Part shown: positions 29,101 to 44,100 of the stretch, piece by piece
Numbering within the stretch: the first letter of the stretch is position 1
Layout of the letters: every line of letters starts with the position of its first letter
Assembly (NCBI GenBank): GCA_963924565.1
Contig: OZ004609.1
Coordinates: 7,998,001-8,062,000, forward strand
Reading direction: 5' to 3'
DNA from: Ascidiella aspersa
Taxonomy: Eukaryota
Length of the DNA: 64,000 nt
Position numbers and translations under genes: made by a program
The notes under the pieces: model-generated
Database searches by the model: none
Told to the model about the DNA's origin: nothing
What the model saw: only the letters and a program-made list of their open reading frames with translations

Positions 29101-32100
29101 GACCTTTCGGCGTTTTGCGTCACCGACAACATGACCTTTCGTGCGTCGACGTGACATTCGGTAATTGCAAAGTCAACGCATTTTTTATGCGCTTGCGATA
29201 GTTTGAGCGCGAAACAGCCCCGTTACAGGCGTCAACTTTGCGGGTATTCCTAAGCCGGAAGCTATATCAGACTAAGCGTGATAATCCAACACAAATTGAA
29301 CTAGATTTATCGACGACCTAGGCTTTGGCGCGATAGGTGCGAGTTTCACTATAGCCTTATTCAAAATAAGTGGATGTCTCTTGCGGGCCCACGACGTATT
29401 TTGCCCTAAATTTTCATGTGCAAGTTTTTTGACCCCTGACTGGATAATTAATCGTCCAATTTCTCCACGATGATATTGACTGTAACTCCCTTTTAAACTA
29501 TCGAAAGCAAACTTTAGTTTGATTAATTTTATTTAAACGAACATTAAAGAGAACTTTAACACAGGACCGTTCTGATATAATGAATAAGGTTCCGGCCGGA
29601 GTATACTAAAATTCTTTGAAGCACCTTCATTTCTTTAGCTATTTGTTTTCTGGTAAAACGCGCCAGTCTGAACGGCGCATCTTTCTCTTATAAGTGGTCG
29701 CAGGTCAATTGAAGATATTTCATTTAAGGAACCCAATACGGGGAGGTTTTGGCAAATACGGGGAGGTTTTGGCAGAAGGGCAATTTAGATTGACAATACT
29801 GGAATAATTACGAGGCTTATTTACGCAGGCGATAGTATCTTAACGCCACAAAGATTTCTTGACAGACTGGCTTGGGCTGTGTCGCAAACCGTAAACAGGT
29901 TATTCAGGTTCTTACTGTTAATAATATTATTGCAAGTTTGACTGCAGTGTCTATGCTGCCGCTTATCGAATTCCAATCAACGACTACAACCAACAAATGT
30001 CTTATGTTCTGCGCACCCACGCAGTAGTCAGCGGTATGTCATGTAGGCGCGCCTCGCCGCCGTGCTTCTATTTTTCAGAACGAAAATCAAAAAGTGAAAT
30101 CGCCAGCCCAAATAAACAGGATCAAAGCCAATGTTTAACCACGCAAAATTGTTTTTTTAGGAATAACACATATTGCAGTGCGCAGGAGCAGCACTTACCT
30201 TCTTCTTAATTCCATACCTATATTACCTAAAATTAAAAAAAATACGTTTAAATTGAATTCGTTTGAGCGGTAAACCGACCAAAACTCTAAATCAACTGAA
30301 TTCCTAATGTTCTGAGGTTGGCCCACGCATCACTTTATAATATACAGAGTGGGTGCGGCAAAACTTGTTAACGGAATAATGCGATCGGTTGTACCACCAT
30401 GGCTCGGTATTATACATCTTGGTTCATTCGAACTTTTTTCTCAAAGGTTTAAAAATAAAATTAGAACTTTTCAGTTTCCCAAATTAGATTACATAAGTTA
30501 AATTACCGAATTAGCGAACACTAGAAATTAAAGGAAATTCAAAACCCATTTAAATGGAAAACGAAAATTTTTCTGTAAAATTTAAATGGCAAAGATTATC
30601 AGACTGCAACCTTTTTCTTTAAAAACCGAAAAACAAACAAACTAAAAGGACACTAAGAATATCAAAGCCCATACAGAAATAGGTATCATTTTGAACGTTT
30701 CGAATAACTCTTTATTCATTTTCATGATGTTGAAAATGAATAAAGAGTTATTCCAAACGTTCAAAATGATACCTACTTCTGTATGGGCTTTGATATTCTT
30801 ACTACGTCTTACTACAACCTCCAACCATTATGCTCTAAAAGGACACTAAATCAAATAAAAAAATCAACCAGAATCATGTTTAGATATGTGATGCTCAATT
30901 TGTGAAGTATTAGCAGGGTGGAAGTAAAATAATTTTCTGACCAGACCGTGACCCGTTCGCTCGCATGAAATTTTCAGAAATGTCACAAATTGTCCCTATA
31001 ACTGGACTTCTAAACAAAGTAACCTTCGAAAACCTATACGGTTATCTTCTTTAATTCAGGCTTACCTTCACCACTGCGCATTAGGCAAATATAATTGTCT
31101 ATATAGTGAGCGTCTAGAGCAGCGGTTCTCAACCAGTGGGCATGGCTCACTAGTGGGCCATGGGAACATTTTGAGTGGACCATAGACCAAATTTATAAAC
31201 CTAGTTTTAATGAAGAATTAGGTTTTATTTGTGTCACTACACTTAATTTTACAGAAATAATGGCTTGGGAAGGAATTTAGAAGGAATGTAAATTTATCGT
31301 TCACCAGCTAGTATCTCACCAATGCACGGTTAAAGAAATAATCTGTTTTGAAACATGTTGTGCTGTGTTTTGTTCTAAACCTATTTCATAGTTGTTTTTT
31401 TCATTTTTCAACATTTATTGGACCACAGAATTTTTGTGCAACGAAAATGGGCCACGAAAGAAAAAAGGTTGAGAACCACTGGTCTAGAGTTTCTTGGTAT
31501 TCTGCTAAACTTTGGGTATTGTGCCCTTACAGTCATATGTTACGCATTTTCCAGACGAAATAAGCTGCAACTTCGACGAAGGATTTTGTAAGTGGAAGCC
31601 GAACAAGCACTCTGACTTTGACTGGACGCTGAACCGCGGGAAAACCGCTTCACTGAAAACCGGCCCGGAGCATGACCACACATCGGGAGGTTAGTGCACT
31701 CTAGTTTGATAATGCTAAATTTTTTAAGCCCAACATGGACTTTATAATAATTAAAACATCTCTTCTGGTAATTGTAATGGTTAACTTTTTTCCTTTTTGT
31801 GTTTTCCATATATTGTGTATTACGAGCGTTCGGTGCCATTTACCTTGACGAAATCAATTTAAATAGGTTGCCGAAACGTTGGTTAACAATTACAATCACC
31901 AGAAGTACTATTTGTTAGTGTTATTACTATTTCTAGCAAGTTTATATATATTTTCAAAGGTGTAGTGCAAAAGTTTAAGGCTATATATGCTACAGTTTAT
32001 ATGCAGTGTTTACGAGCTAACAAAAGTGTCAGCTTCACCGCTAAATTCGTTCGGTTTAATTTGTGCCACGTAGTAATTTACATACGATCCAATCGTCGGA

Positions 32101-35100
32101 GTATTTGATTGGCATGTTATAGTTTTAGTCTTGAGTTTTCCTGATCCAAGACTTCTATGTGGTCATAATTCGTCAGTAAGCACACCTATTAATCCGATTT
32201 ATTAATGTAATCCCGTTGTTGAAATAAATACCGGGTGTCACGATAGAAATACAACCGATTACAAGTTACCTCAGCAATCGTTAAAATTGCACCCGGTGTT
32301 AAGTAAACAAATACGTAAACTGCTAAGAAACAATATTCCGGTGATAACGTTTCGTGATGTAGGTAGTTTTTTGCAGCTATTTACGGGACACGTTTATTTA
32401 GTCGAATCCCCGTCTTGGACAAATATTACATTGTTGAAAGAAAATTGGTAAAAAAATTGGATTTTACGAAGAGTATTTTCTTTGTAACACAATACACGGG
32501 CTTTCCCAGCCACTTTTAAATATAAAAGTCGCCAAACAACATACTTTCTTCTCTCTTCGAACGTTTTGGTAATATCTCATGTTATTAGCAGTGCAAACAA
32601 AATGAAGATAAAATCATTGAAACGTGATAAACACTGGTTAAAAAGACAAGGCGAAACGTTTTGCCTTGGAAAGGTGGGGCATTTTTTTGTCTATACTGTA
32701 TATGGATTAGGGCTTATGTGTTTTGCGAGGTTAGTCTTTATTGGGAATTTTGCAGAGAACATCATTCCCATTTTTGTTTAATCGAAGCAAAATCTACCCC
32801 AAATCCTGTTTTTGCGACAACAATTTAATACGATAACATCTGATAACTTTTTCACATACGATAACATTAAATTATATTCGAATTTTCCCCATTACATATC
32901 ATAAAAAAAATTGAATATAATGACCAGACTAAAACACAAGAGAACATGAACCCATGAACTTCAGCTGGGAGGCTTACAATTGTATTCGATTTTTCCTAAT
33001 AGCAAACTACCTATTATACCCTAACACAATTATTGTCAACCTCTTATGGACTACGGCGTTGAGTATTTTGCTGAAATGTCACTATAAATGGAACTGGGAC
33101 AACACAATTAAAAAACAATTTGATACATAAATAGTTGTGCCAAAGAAGCTTACCAATTGAGCAAAAATCAGATTCTTAAAAAATCTTAAATACCTATCGA
33201 CACCCTTAAGCATTAAAAATGGCACACCAGGGCGCCGCAGCACCCCGGCTGAGAACCACTGCTCTATCAAACTGTCGATGTGTTCCAGACGGCTATTACA
33301 TGTTCACCGAGGCTTCGTCGCCGCGGTCAGCTGGTCAAATGGCCACCATCTCCAGTCCAGTCGTTTCTTCGCAACTGCGCGTCTGCGTACGATTCCACTT
33401 CCACATGTACGGCGAAACGATGGGCAAGCTCGAAGTGCTCACCACCAAGCCGGGCAGTGACAGGTCGGTGACGTCATGTAGTGACGTATTTCTCATTACG
33501 TCATAGTTGGTCTATATCAGACTAATTATAATTGGCTGAGCAAGACTCTAATTTACAGACAAACAGTTGTACAAATAAATATATCGCCGGTTGCTTGAAT
33601 TTATTTTGTAGCTATTTTATGTATTTAGTACACATTTTGTTTACCTATTAGACAAAACAATATACTTTAATAGAATTAAATACACGAGACATTAAACATC
33701 GATAAGTGTTTCGTCGGTTGAATAACTATAATCATTACTTTGAAAACGTTATTTTTTTAAAACACTTATATTTTAAATAACGAAGCCTTTGACTGGTTTA
33801 TACATTTGTATATATAGCATTAGACTGATTCATACCATTGGAAGGATTTTCTTGAAGGGTCGAATTTGATTTAAAGCTACGCAGTAATTTGAATATTTTG
33901 GCCAGCTGAAATACGCACGCTTCTAACCTACTCCTTTAATAGTTAAAAAAAATTCAAATAATTAAATTTAATTTTGAACCCTCAAATAAAAAAAGTTGTT
34001 TCAACATTTACAAACCACCCCTTTGTGCTTACCTGCATTTTGCTTTATTGTCACAAAAGAAATGAGATTAAGGAGGAACGTTTCGTTAGACGGATAAAAT
34101 ACATAGCCGTTAACCAGGAATGTGTACAATTTTAGGTTTAAATCACACCTTTGAATTAGGTCATTGTTTCCTGATTGGTCAATCGTCGTTACGTCACTTT
34201 GTCCGACCACTGTCACGAAAAGGAAGTTACTTAACTTATTTACCGGGGATGGTCGCCGGGGATTTAAAGCAATTCCGGATTATTCGTTCCTTCTCCGAGA
34301 TTAAGCGCAATGATTATAGTTCTCACGCGTGGTTTTAGCACGTGTTAAAATAACAACATGGAGATCAATTTTCACGAACAATACCGCGGTTGTCGAATAA
34401 CTTTTTACTTTGAAGTTTAAAGAGACACGTTCTTTGTGGGCTACTTACATGTCTTATAGCGATAAAAGCATAGTATACCTAACAATTGCGTTTATGCGAT
34501 TGGTGGTCGTTTAGGATTTTGTATTACATCTGACACTATTAGAAGCTTGTAAGTTAAGCCACCATTTAAACTACCAGATTAGTTGACGTAATACGACAGT
34601 TTTCTTAGATATTTGCATTGAAAACCTTTCTAATGTGTTTTCTTTATCTCAAGTTGTTTTTCACAATATAAACAAGTTCAAGGTTTTAGCTTCAAACTAA
34701 TTAAGCTAAATAAATGGTGGTCCTCAAACTGGGGTCCGCGGTCCTTTTGGGGTCCGCGAGACAATTTTCTGGGTTTCCCGTCCCATTGATACCATTAAAA
34801 AAACGTGTTATTTTGTGTTTATTTGTTTATATTTTCAATGGACCGTGAGCAATTTAAAAAATTTTTGGGGGACCGTTGCGTAATTTTTTTAAAAAAGTTT
34901 GAGAGCCACTGGGCTAAGGCAACTTGCTTAGATATGGTTGGAATTAACTTGATTTCAAGAGACTAAAACGCAAAAAAGTCAACTTAAACACACAAAATAA
35001 AAACAATATTTTTTAACTATCTCGTCCTACGAATCTTTGCTATTTATGATCTTACGAAAATAAATTGTAACTTTGTCTAACCTAATTTTGGTTTGAATTT

Positions 35101-38100
35101 GATTTGATTAAAATTATTCTCGGTAAAATTTTGGTTCTATGGATTGTTTTAACGAAATCGGTTTGTAAGTTTCTAATCCAGTGTGGAAAATTTCGGCTGC
35201 ATTATAGTTTTGCCTCCCTTAGAAATATAAGTGATTAGGTTGACGCAAGGGATAAACTTAAAAAAAAATAGAATTATAAAAACACCCCCGGAACAAATCA
35301 AATCTAATCATTCAGGTTCTTCCACAAATGGTCGGCCGATGGACAAAAAAGTACCAACGAGTACGATTGGAGATTCGCTCAAGTCGACATTTCTGAGTCC
35401 TTCAACTTTCAGATCGTCTTCCGCGCGATTCTGGGCACCAACTTTTACTCGGACATAGCAGTCGATGACGTCATCGTTAGTCCAACGTCATGCCGTGAGT
35501 GACGTAATGAAAATGTTAGCCGTTAATATGGAAAGTATATAATATTGCTGCGCAAATTTAAGAGTTATTACGTTATTAATGTAGATGGTTAGAATATCGT
35601 GATTTCTTTTTATAATTAAATATGCTAGTTTGGACGACCCCATCGTTTAACTAGTGCTTATAGTTAACCTCCATATAGTATATCGTCTTCTATTCGTCAG
35701 CATGGGGTATACAACACGTCATACAATCAACATATATTTTTCATAAGATGTGCATTAATTGTAAGCGTCGGAATAACTAATAACAAGCGTTTAGCCTACG
35801 TGATAACTGGATTTAAATTTATACTGTGATTCAAATCAAAAATATTGAATTTTCATAATGGCTCGCATAGCTAGATGTATATCAAAAATTTAATAACAGT
35901 TACGCCGAACTTACAAAAAAGGTAGCACTGAACATGTGATATCGAAAATCACCTTGTTTATACCTTACAAGATAAATGTCGACCTTAATTCTTGAGCAGT
36001 AACAGCAGACTACTCTACAAAGCTAGGAATTCAGGTCAGACACTATTACAAAATATCATTTTAATAGTGAAAAGATCTTTTAATGTAGATTGTTTAATAG
36101 TATCTGACCTATTGATAGGTTTGCTATATTATTCTACTATTCCCACAAGGGATAAAATCACTTAAAAATGAGAGATGCATATTTGGGAGCAAGAACAGCT
36201 AACAGTAAAGTGGGGAGAAAAATGTCGTTGGCCTTATCCAAAATCGTTATTCGCCATTATCGAAATTAGGTTGGCTTAAAAAGCAAAAACAAAAGTCTTG
36301 CGTTTTCTATTCCAGGTTCTAGCCCTAAACAAGTTCAGTCTGTGAGCAGGCCGCCGCCCACAAGCCGCCAAATCGCACCGACCAGCTTCATGCAAGGTTT
36401 GTCCCACAAAAACAAGAACAAAATTATATTGAACACAACAAGTGAATATCATTAGTGTTATAAAACTATTTATTTAAAAAAATTGCAATCGACTTAGTTT
36501 AGAATTGAAGTAGCAATTGACTGTTGTATTTTTAACCAGTTGTCAATATTTCGTGATCCTGGAATAATACCTGTATTGTAGATTTAATTACTTCGTACGT
36601 TTGGATTCGGCCGTTCAAACAATTTGTTAACAGAAAAATAACTGAATATAATTTGTCTTTTTAAAGTCAAGCAGATTCGCTAAACTTGCCTTGCTATAAC
36701 ATTTTAGGAGCATTTAGAATTGAATTTCATATCTGATTAAAATCGGTGAATCTGCCTGCATTATAGATTTAATTACTTTGTAAGTTTGGTTTCAACAGTA
36801 TATGTCATTTGTAAACAAAAAAAACGACTGAATTAAAATGGCCATTTAAAGGCAAAGAGGTATACTAGCTAAACTTTTAGGAGGTAGCGTAAAGTTCATA
36901 TTTGACTAAAATGTGGGAATGTCCCCGTATTATAAATTTAGTTCCTTCGTATGTTTGGTCAACAGTTTAAACAATTTGCAAACCGAACAACGATTGAATT
37001 TAAATGCTAAACTTGCCTTGCTACACAATTTTAGGAGACAGCCTTCGATGTGATTTCGAGACATCTCATTTGTGCGGCTGGACGCAACCGGTCTACGACC
37101 AATTCGACTGGACCATTTCGAACAAGACACCATCACCAAACACGGGGCCGCTAAAAGATCATAAAGGTGGTGTACTTAAACTGCAGCCTCGTAAAACTAA
37201 AAGACCATAACGGAGGCATACTTGATCCCATCTCATAAAACTAGTTCTTTCAGCACGAAAAAGAGAAGCGGCATGTCTTCGTGGGAACATATAAGAAACA
37301 CTTCAAGTTTTTACCTGTATCTCACCTCTGTTGTTTATACCTCATTCAAACTTTTCGCAAAGCCCACATCGACATATTACCCTAACAACTCTTTTAGTCA
37401 ATCTTGCTAAACATTTTTAGATAAAGAAGGAAAGTTTGCCTTTATCGAAGCCTCTTCAAAAAGTCCCCGGGACAAAGCAAGGCTACAGAGTTCCTTCTTC
37501 ACTCTTCCAAACCCCGCCTGCTTTACCATGTGGTACCACATGTACGGCAACTGTAAGTATTAAGTGTGCATCTAAATGCGTTTAAGTCGACGTCAAGCAT
37601 TAGTGCGAAATAATGCGTCATGGAGATAAAATTAGATGTAAATTCAGCTTTAGTACTCAGGCTCTCCAGGAGCTTATGTCCACACAAGACATATATTGTG
37701 TGTTTGTTTGATTTTGACCACAAGTAGTATACACAATGTGAATTAGTAATTGGTATATCAAGTAGTGCTACCGAACAAACGTGTTCCGCAATCCACTGCA
37801 TTGTACTTCTCCGAATCTTTCTTGGGAATCATTGTATTGTATACCCGTGTTTTAGACCCCTTTAATGTGAAGTTGCCTGTACTAACAGAATGAGCAAGCA
37901 TTTGGCGTCTCGACTCGCTCCTCTCTGAGCCTTTGTAACTCAGTTGATAGAGGGGTGGTCCCGGTATGACCGAGGTCGTGAGATCGAACCTCACTGCAGG
38001 CTAGTTGTTTTTCTAGCCTGCTCTGCTTGCATCATTGATCGACAGATTTAGTGATTCGGCAAAGGCCTTCGTTATACTAATGATACGTAAGTGCGTAATC

Positions 38101-41100
38101 GTTTGCCTAAAGGCAGCTTCATAAGGGCTAGATCACAGTTGTTAACACACATATGTGTGTGTGCATTTTTCTTTCATTTTTTTGTGCATCTTTCTTTTCA
38201 CTTTTAGTGTTTGTTTTTAATTTGAAAAACTTAACCAAGCTTAAACACGTTTTTTTAGCCACTGGCTCGTTGTCCATCTACAGCGTCACCCAAGGGAATT
38301 CTACGAGCGAAGTTATGGATCGCCGTCAACTGACCAATGAGTTGCTATGGCAACGATCCGGTAACCATGGCGACAAGTGGAACAAACTTTTCCTCAATTT
38401 AAAGGTTCGGTAATTTTCTCCGCCCATCAACAAATCAACATTTAATTATTCTTAAACCTTAATATTGCATATATATTCATTTTAAATTAAACTTAATCGA
38501 CATTTTTCTTGACACCATAGTCTTTACCCAGCTTGCTTCAAACTATTAATTTTGTTTACTATTTACTTCGCTTCGTCCGTCGATAAATAAGCAATTAATC
38601 AATTTTCAACATTATTTGTCATTGCATATATATCCATTTTTAAAATCTTAATCAACATTTTTTTTCTTTACATCCTAATCGAGTATGATCCTAGCTATTT
38701 ACTTTCTTTAGATGCTATTAAAATGATAAATCCAAGGTAGAACTTCTTAAAACGACACAATTTTTTGATTAAATTTTAATTTTGTTTTTCATATTTTTGC
38801 ATGATTTTTAATTTAATGGCACTGATCAGTTGTTAGTCCATTCAAGAAATTCTGTGCGACTAAATCTTTTAAGAAGTGTACATTAACGCCAAATTCGAAG
38901 AACCTATTTGTTTACCGCAAATCTCACTTTAAACTGTTTATTTTTCACAGGAGTCGTCGGGTATGCGGCTTGCCATAGAGGGTGAACGGGGTCTTGGGTG
39001 GAAGGGTGACATCGCAATCGACGACATTGAAGTCTTACCGAATGAATGCCGTAAGTCGTTTGAGCTCTTTTCCATAGTATAGGTGGTGACTTTTTAGCAG
39101 TATTGTACAACCGCCCGATACAGTTAATTTAAAGTATTCAAATAGATAATATATTTTTGTTCTGAGGATAGTATCACATGGCAATCGTTGAAAAGCATAA
39201 TACCTTGCAACACTATTTTAAACGTTAAATAAAAGTTAATACCCCGTTTCAAATATGAATCTAAATAAAACTTTTAGTTTTTTGCTAATCGTTTGCATAA
39301 ATGACTTATGTCCAAGTCAAATCAACTCTTCAAAATAATTCAAAACAAGTCAACATTGCAAGCATCTTAATTATTAGCTTACATCAAGTAGCCTTCCTAT
39401 AATTTAACATTTGTTTTCAGTAATACACTACTTTAAAACAGAAATTAATTTTTATATTTTTGTTAATGCAAGCATCTTCCTACAATTTTTTTATCTATCT
39501 CGGCACTCTGTTGCCCATAAAACCCAAAAATGCTTGATCCTTCAAAGATGCGTAACGTAATATAAAACCCCAGAGGGAAGATTGGCTAAGCTCTATCTGG
39601 TTTCATATGCGCATTTATTAAAAAAAAAGGTTAAAAAGACCACCGGTGAAGTATAATACAGGGTGGCATAGGCTGCAAACCAGGTGGTAAATATGGAGCA
39701 GAGATAATCATTTATGTTTGCGCTCAGTGAGAGCTTTCACATTTCTCGCCTTATCAAGTTCCCGGGCAATTATTAACCCGCATCCGAAGGCAATCGGTTT
39801 TTGAGTGTCCCGCCTTCCAAAAGCCTCTTATTGGTTCGTTGTAGAGGTTTACAGAAATAAATGCGGGACCCGAAGCGGTTGTGGCCGCCGCGAAACAATA
39901 ACAACGCCACCTCGAAAACGGAAAATCCCTTCCGCCTTTAAAACAATGCGGCCTTGTGTGCTGCCTCGAAATATGCCTCATCTAGATTTAAATGAATGGT
40001 TCCTGTCGCCGTCTGATGTTTGAATGACACGAAAGTAGGTTAAAAAGTGGATGCCAAAGCCGTGTAATCTTGACTGAAATCGGCTTACATTTAAACCAGT
40101 TTGTCAATACGACCACAGGATTTTTCATTCTTTTGTTTTCTGCTCAGACAAGCATTTAATATCGGTATAATATTGTTGTACGATGGTTGGAGATTCATAA
40201 GATTTATTATGCAGTAAATATTACCTATCTATAGAGTATGGGGACCTTTTTAGCTTCAAAATGAATCGTACGCCTTTAAATATTGAAAATAAGGTTAAAG
40301 CAAATTGACATTATAATACTGCAAAAGTACTAACACGTTTTTGCCACTTTGTTGCTTCCTAAAACTTCGTTTCTTTCATTGCAGCCATTTTCAATTGCAC
40401 GTTCGACACAAATTTGTGCGGTTGGAGGCAAAACAAAAAACAGGACGACTTCGATTGGACGAGGACCAACAACGTCACGCCCTCCGCCAACACAGGGCCG
40501 AGATTCGATCACACGAGACGAGGTGTGTGACTTCATAATCCTCAATTATGGATGCTTACATCGTTATAGGAGACTACTTCTGTAATATCACATTCTTCCC
40601 TAAAAAACCTATGTACTTAGTTATGGATCCATGAATTGAAAAATGTGTCTAAGGCCATAGGACAACAATGTGGTGTATTGTTCATGAAAACATATAAGCC
40701 ATTGACAACACGTTTAAGCTTCTATTACCCCTCTTGCGCCGCAATAAACTAGTAAAACTTTATTCGAACTAAGGAACTGTAAATGCTACTTGGTTGAATT
40801 ACATATTCCCTTTAACCAAAATCTGATTATGTACTTTTCTTATATTTTTGCACAGGTTTACTTGATGATGGCGTCATATGCGTTTTGAACCCAAATAAAA
40901 ATCGGCTACTGTTTTCTTTCAGGATTGCTGGGACACGGACACTACCTGTTTGTCGAATCATCTAAACCTCGAGAAAAGGGAGACAGGGCCAAGCTAACTA
41001 GTCCGCTCGTGAAACCGGGAAATAACCCAAGTAAGTGATTAAAAAAAGTCTCAGTGTGCAATTTCTTGAAACTGGCACATTTTAAAATGAGGGGCCTAAT

Positions 41101-44100
41101 TAGCGTTTATCGTTAGAATAAAAAAGTTTTCGGTAAAACTGTCTTTTATTGTTTAAACTGGTTTTGCTAACCTCTTTCTGTTAACCGGTTTTTGTGCGCC
41201 TGTACCTTTATGCTATACCCGGTCAATTTGGCGTTAAACCTGGCAATTCACAATCATACTTTTCTCACGACTAATATAACCTGCCTGATTTTTATCCAGA
41301 CAAGTGCCTGAGCTTCTGGTACCACAGCCATGGAAGCAACATCGGCCAGTTGAACGTTTACAAGCGCGAAAGGGGAAACACCAACCCCTTCCTGGACACG
41401 GTTGAGTGGTTCCACGAGCGTGACGAAGGTGACCGCTGGCTCTTTGCCAAGGTCGACATCGACGATGTAAACCCATACCAGGTTAGGACATCTTCTTAGC
41501 TTGGAATTGATTTTCCGATAATATCGGATAGAAGCCGATAACAGGTGTCAAGTTACACCCTACTTAGATACCTATTTATTGTCCGATAATATCGTATCGA
41601 ATACGATAACAGGTGTCAAGTTATACCCTACATAGATTTGTAATTATTGTCCGTTAATATCGTATCAAAGTCGATACCTGATGTCAATTTATCAGCGTTG
41701 TAAATAGGTCATGTTAAAATGACTTAAGCCCCAGTCAAGTCATTTGTAGGATAACTTAAGTCCAAGTTAAGCCTTTTCGAATAAATAACAAGTCAAGTAC
41801 GAGTCCAAGTCATCAGTTGCGCAAGTCAAATTACGAAGAATAACTGAACTAAAAAATTGAGTTGTTTTTTGTGCAAAAATTTGGACAAATAGCTCAAATT
41901 TATAAAAAGAAAATACTTAAAGAAATGCTTTATTTAAACCAAAGTCATTTGTTCAAAAGACTTAAGTCAAGTCAAGTCATTTGAAACCAGTGACTTAAGT
42001 GCACTTAAGTCAAGTCATTGACTTAAGTCATTACAACACTGCAATGTATAGCCTACTTAGGTTGGAATAATCCAGCCAGAGACAATGAGCCATTTTTTTG
42101 CCACAACTTGCACATGACAGAAATCAATGCTTGCCTGTTTCTTCCTCACAATCAAACATGTCTATGTTCACCTAGATTGCTTTTAAATGTTGCACGCTAA
42201 AAACGTTGCGTTGCGAATTTTGATTGTACTACAGGACTCTTTAGTAAATGCCATCATGCAAGTTTCTAAAATGTGTTGACTTATTTCAACAAAAGTTATA
42301 GAAGCCTACTTAGATTGGTATGCATTCAGAACCTTTCACACACAAAGCATCCGAAAAGTCTACACCTAAACCACAACACGAACCCTTGTATATATATTTT
42401 CATAAACATTATAATACTTTGGTTATATTGCTGCTGAACGTATGGAAAATGTTTATTTTTCTTAGATTTCTATGAAAGACATCAGAAAATCTTATTAAAT
42501 AGATCAACCATTTTATATGTTTAAGCAATGTGACTTTTTTAGGCACATTTGTTTGCACTTACCGTTTGCTGTTTGTTGAATCTCAGATCGATTATTGCTC
42601 GCCATTCTCACAACGACGGTTGCCCCCTTTTTTTCTTTTTTTTGCCCCTTTTTTGCAGATTATTTTTAGGGGGGTAAAATCTACAAATTTGAGTTTAACT
42701 ACAAGTTTGAGTTTTTTACTCGATATCTTGATTCTTGAAACTTGGGTTTGCTGTTGTACGACAGAGCGTGATATAGTCAGGAGCTTTTAAAAGGCCTTTG
42801 GAGAAGAAGCGCCATTTTAGCACAAAATTTTAGATGTTAAAGCAATGTGACTTGTTTAACCCCATTTGTTTGAACTTTTTGGTACACTATACACGGATCT
42901 GTAATGTAGCTTGATACTGAATTGGTAATCCAAAAAGGTCGAGTAGATCGACATCATCTTGATTACGACGTTTCACCTTAACTAAAGATGATACAAGCTG
43001 GTTTGGAAACGTCTTAATCAATATGATATTGATCTACTCGACGTTTATGGCTTAGCTATTCATTATCAAGTTATTATTTGCTGTTTGTTAATTCTCAGAA
43101 TCGATTATATTGCTCGCCAACTCACAACAACGTCGTTTTTGCAGATCATTAATAGAACGTAATAGCGAAAAGACGGCGAAAACAACACACAACAAACGAT
43201 AAAATATTATTTGCAACACTTTTATCTGCTAATTCTCAGGATCGATTATATTGTTTGCTTCAACTGCACTTTTTCGCAGATCATTTTCGAAGGGGTACGC
43301 GGCGAAGGCTTCAGCGGCGATATTGCAATCGATGACGTCACAATCGCTGACGGGATGTGCGACAAGTGTTGCGGCGTTGACGTGTTCCAGTGCGGGAACG
43401 GATATTGCGTCCCGGCGTCGCAAAGATGCAACAACGTACAAGACTGCGGGGACGGAAGTGACGAGTCGGAATGTGGAGGTTTGCATTTCATTATTTATGT
43501 TGCAATACTATTTTATTTTTTGATAATAAATTGCAAAGGCAAAAAGGTAGATTAGATCGACAGCATCTTGATCAAGACGTTTCGATACGAACTTGTATCC
43601 TCTTCAGTTAATGTGACTGAGAATCAAATCAAAGAATCCCTTATAAATGGTGGAACACAATTGTTATTATCTGAGTTTGTATAGTTGAATCATAATTTAG
43701 AACCTTGTCGACGTTCAATTCAGGGCTGCAGTCTTGAATAGACAGAGACTTGAGTAACCGCAATCTAAACACGTCTGAAGCCCCTCCGGTTTGCAAAAAT
43801 CAATCTTATGGTCCGAGTGCTGCAGAAGATGTCTGCAAACCTCTGATTTTTCATCCACTCTATGTTCTTTGACCCTCGTTGAAAGATTTCGTCGGGTTTG
43901 ACCAAGGAAGCACCACATGAACACGTTAATTTATACAAGACACTAGATCGCGACAAATGTTCTTGGCGATCCTTCTTTCAAAACGATTTCGTCATTTTGG
44001 TTGTGTCATGGATCAATCGAAGCACAACCTTGCCACTAGTAGAGCGGAGTACAAACCTGCGTATTTCACGACTTATATGGTGTGAACCTTGGCCTATGTA

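Larger units (their letters stand above)
40385..43478 (+). other. MAM domain 5 and LDL-receptor class A repeat (exons 18-21)
   Basis: [12 protein letters not shown]...TGPRFDHT / YLFVESS / [10 protein letters not shown] / GDIAIDDV..C, then [35 protein letters not shown]. Confidence 0.88.

Noticed and set aside
37927-38005. Possible tRNA gene (similar heads at about 22185-22250, 46421-46453, 50899-50958 and 51455-51530)
   Set aside because: A/B boxes are present but there is no clean cloverleaf, and most copies continue into a shared non-tRNA body, so they are SINEs.
41515-42041. Regularly spaced repeats resembling a CRISPR array
   Set aside because: Eukaryotic intron; the units are degenerate tandem copies and MITE subterminal AAGTC repeats without unique spacers or cas genes.
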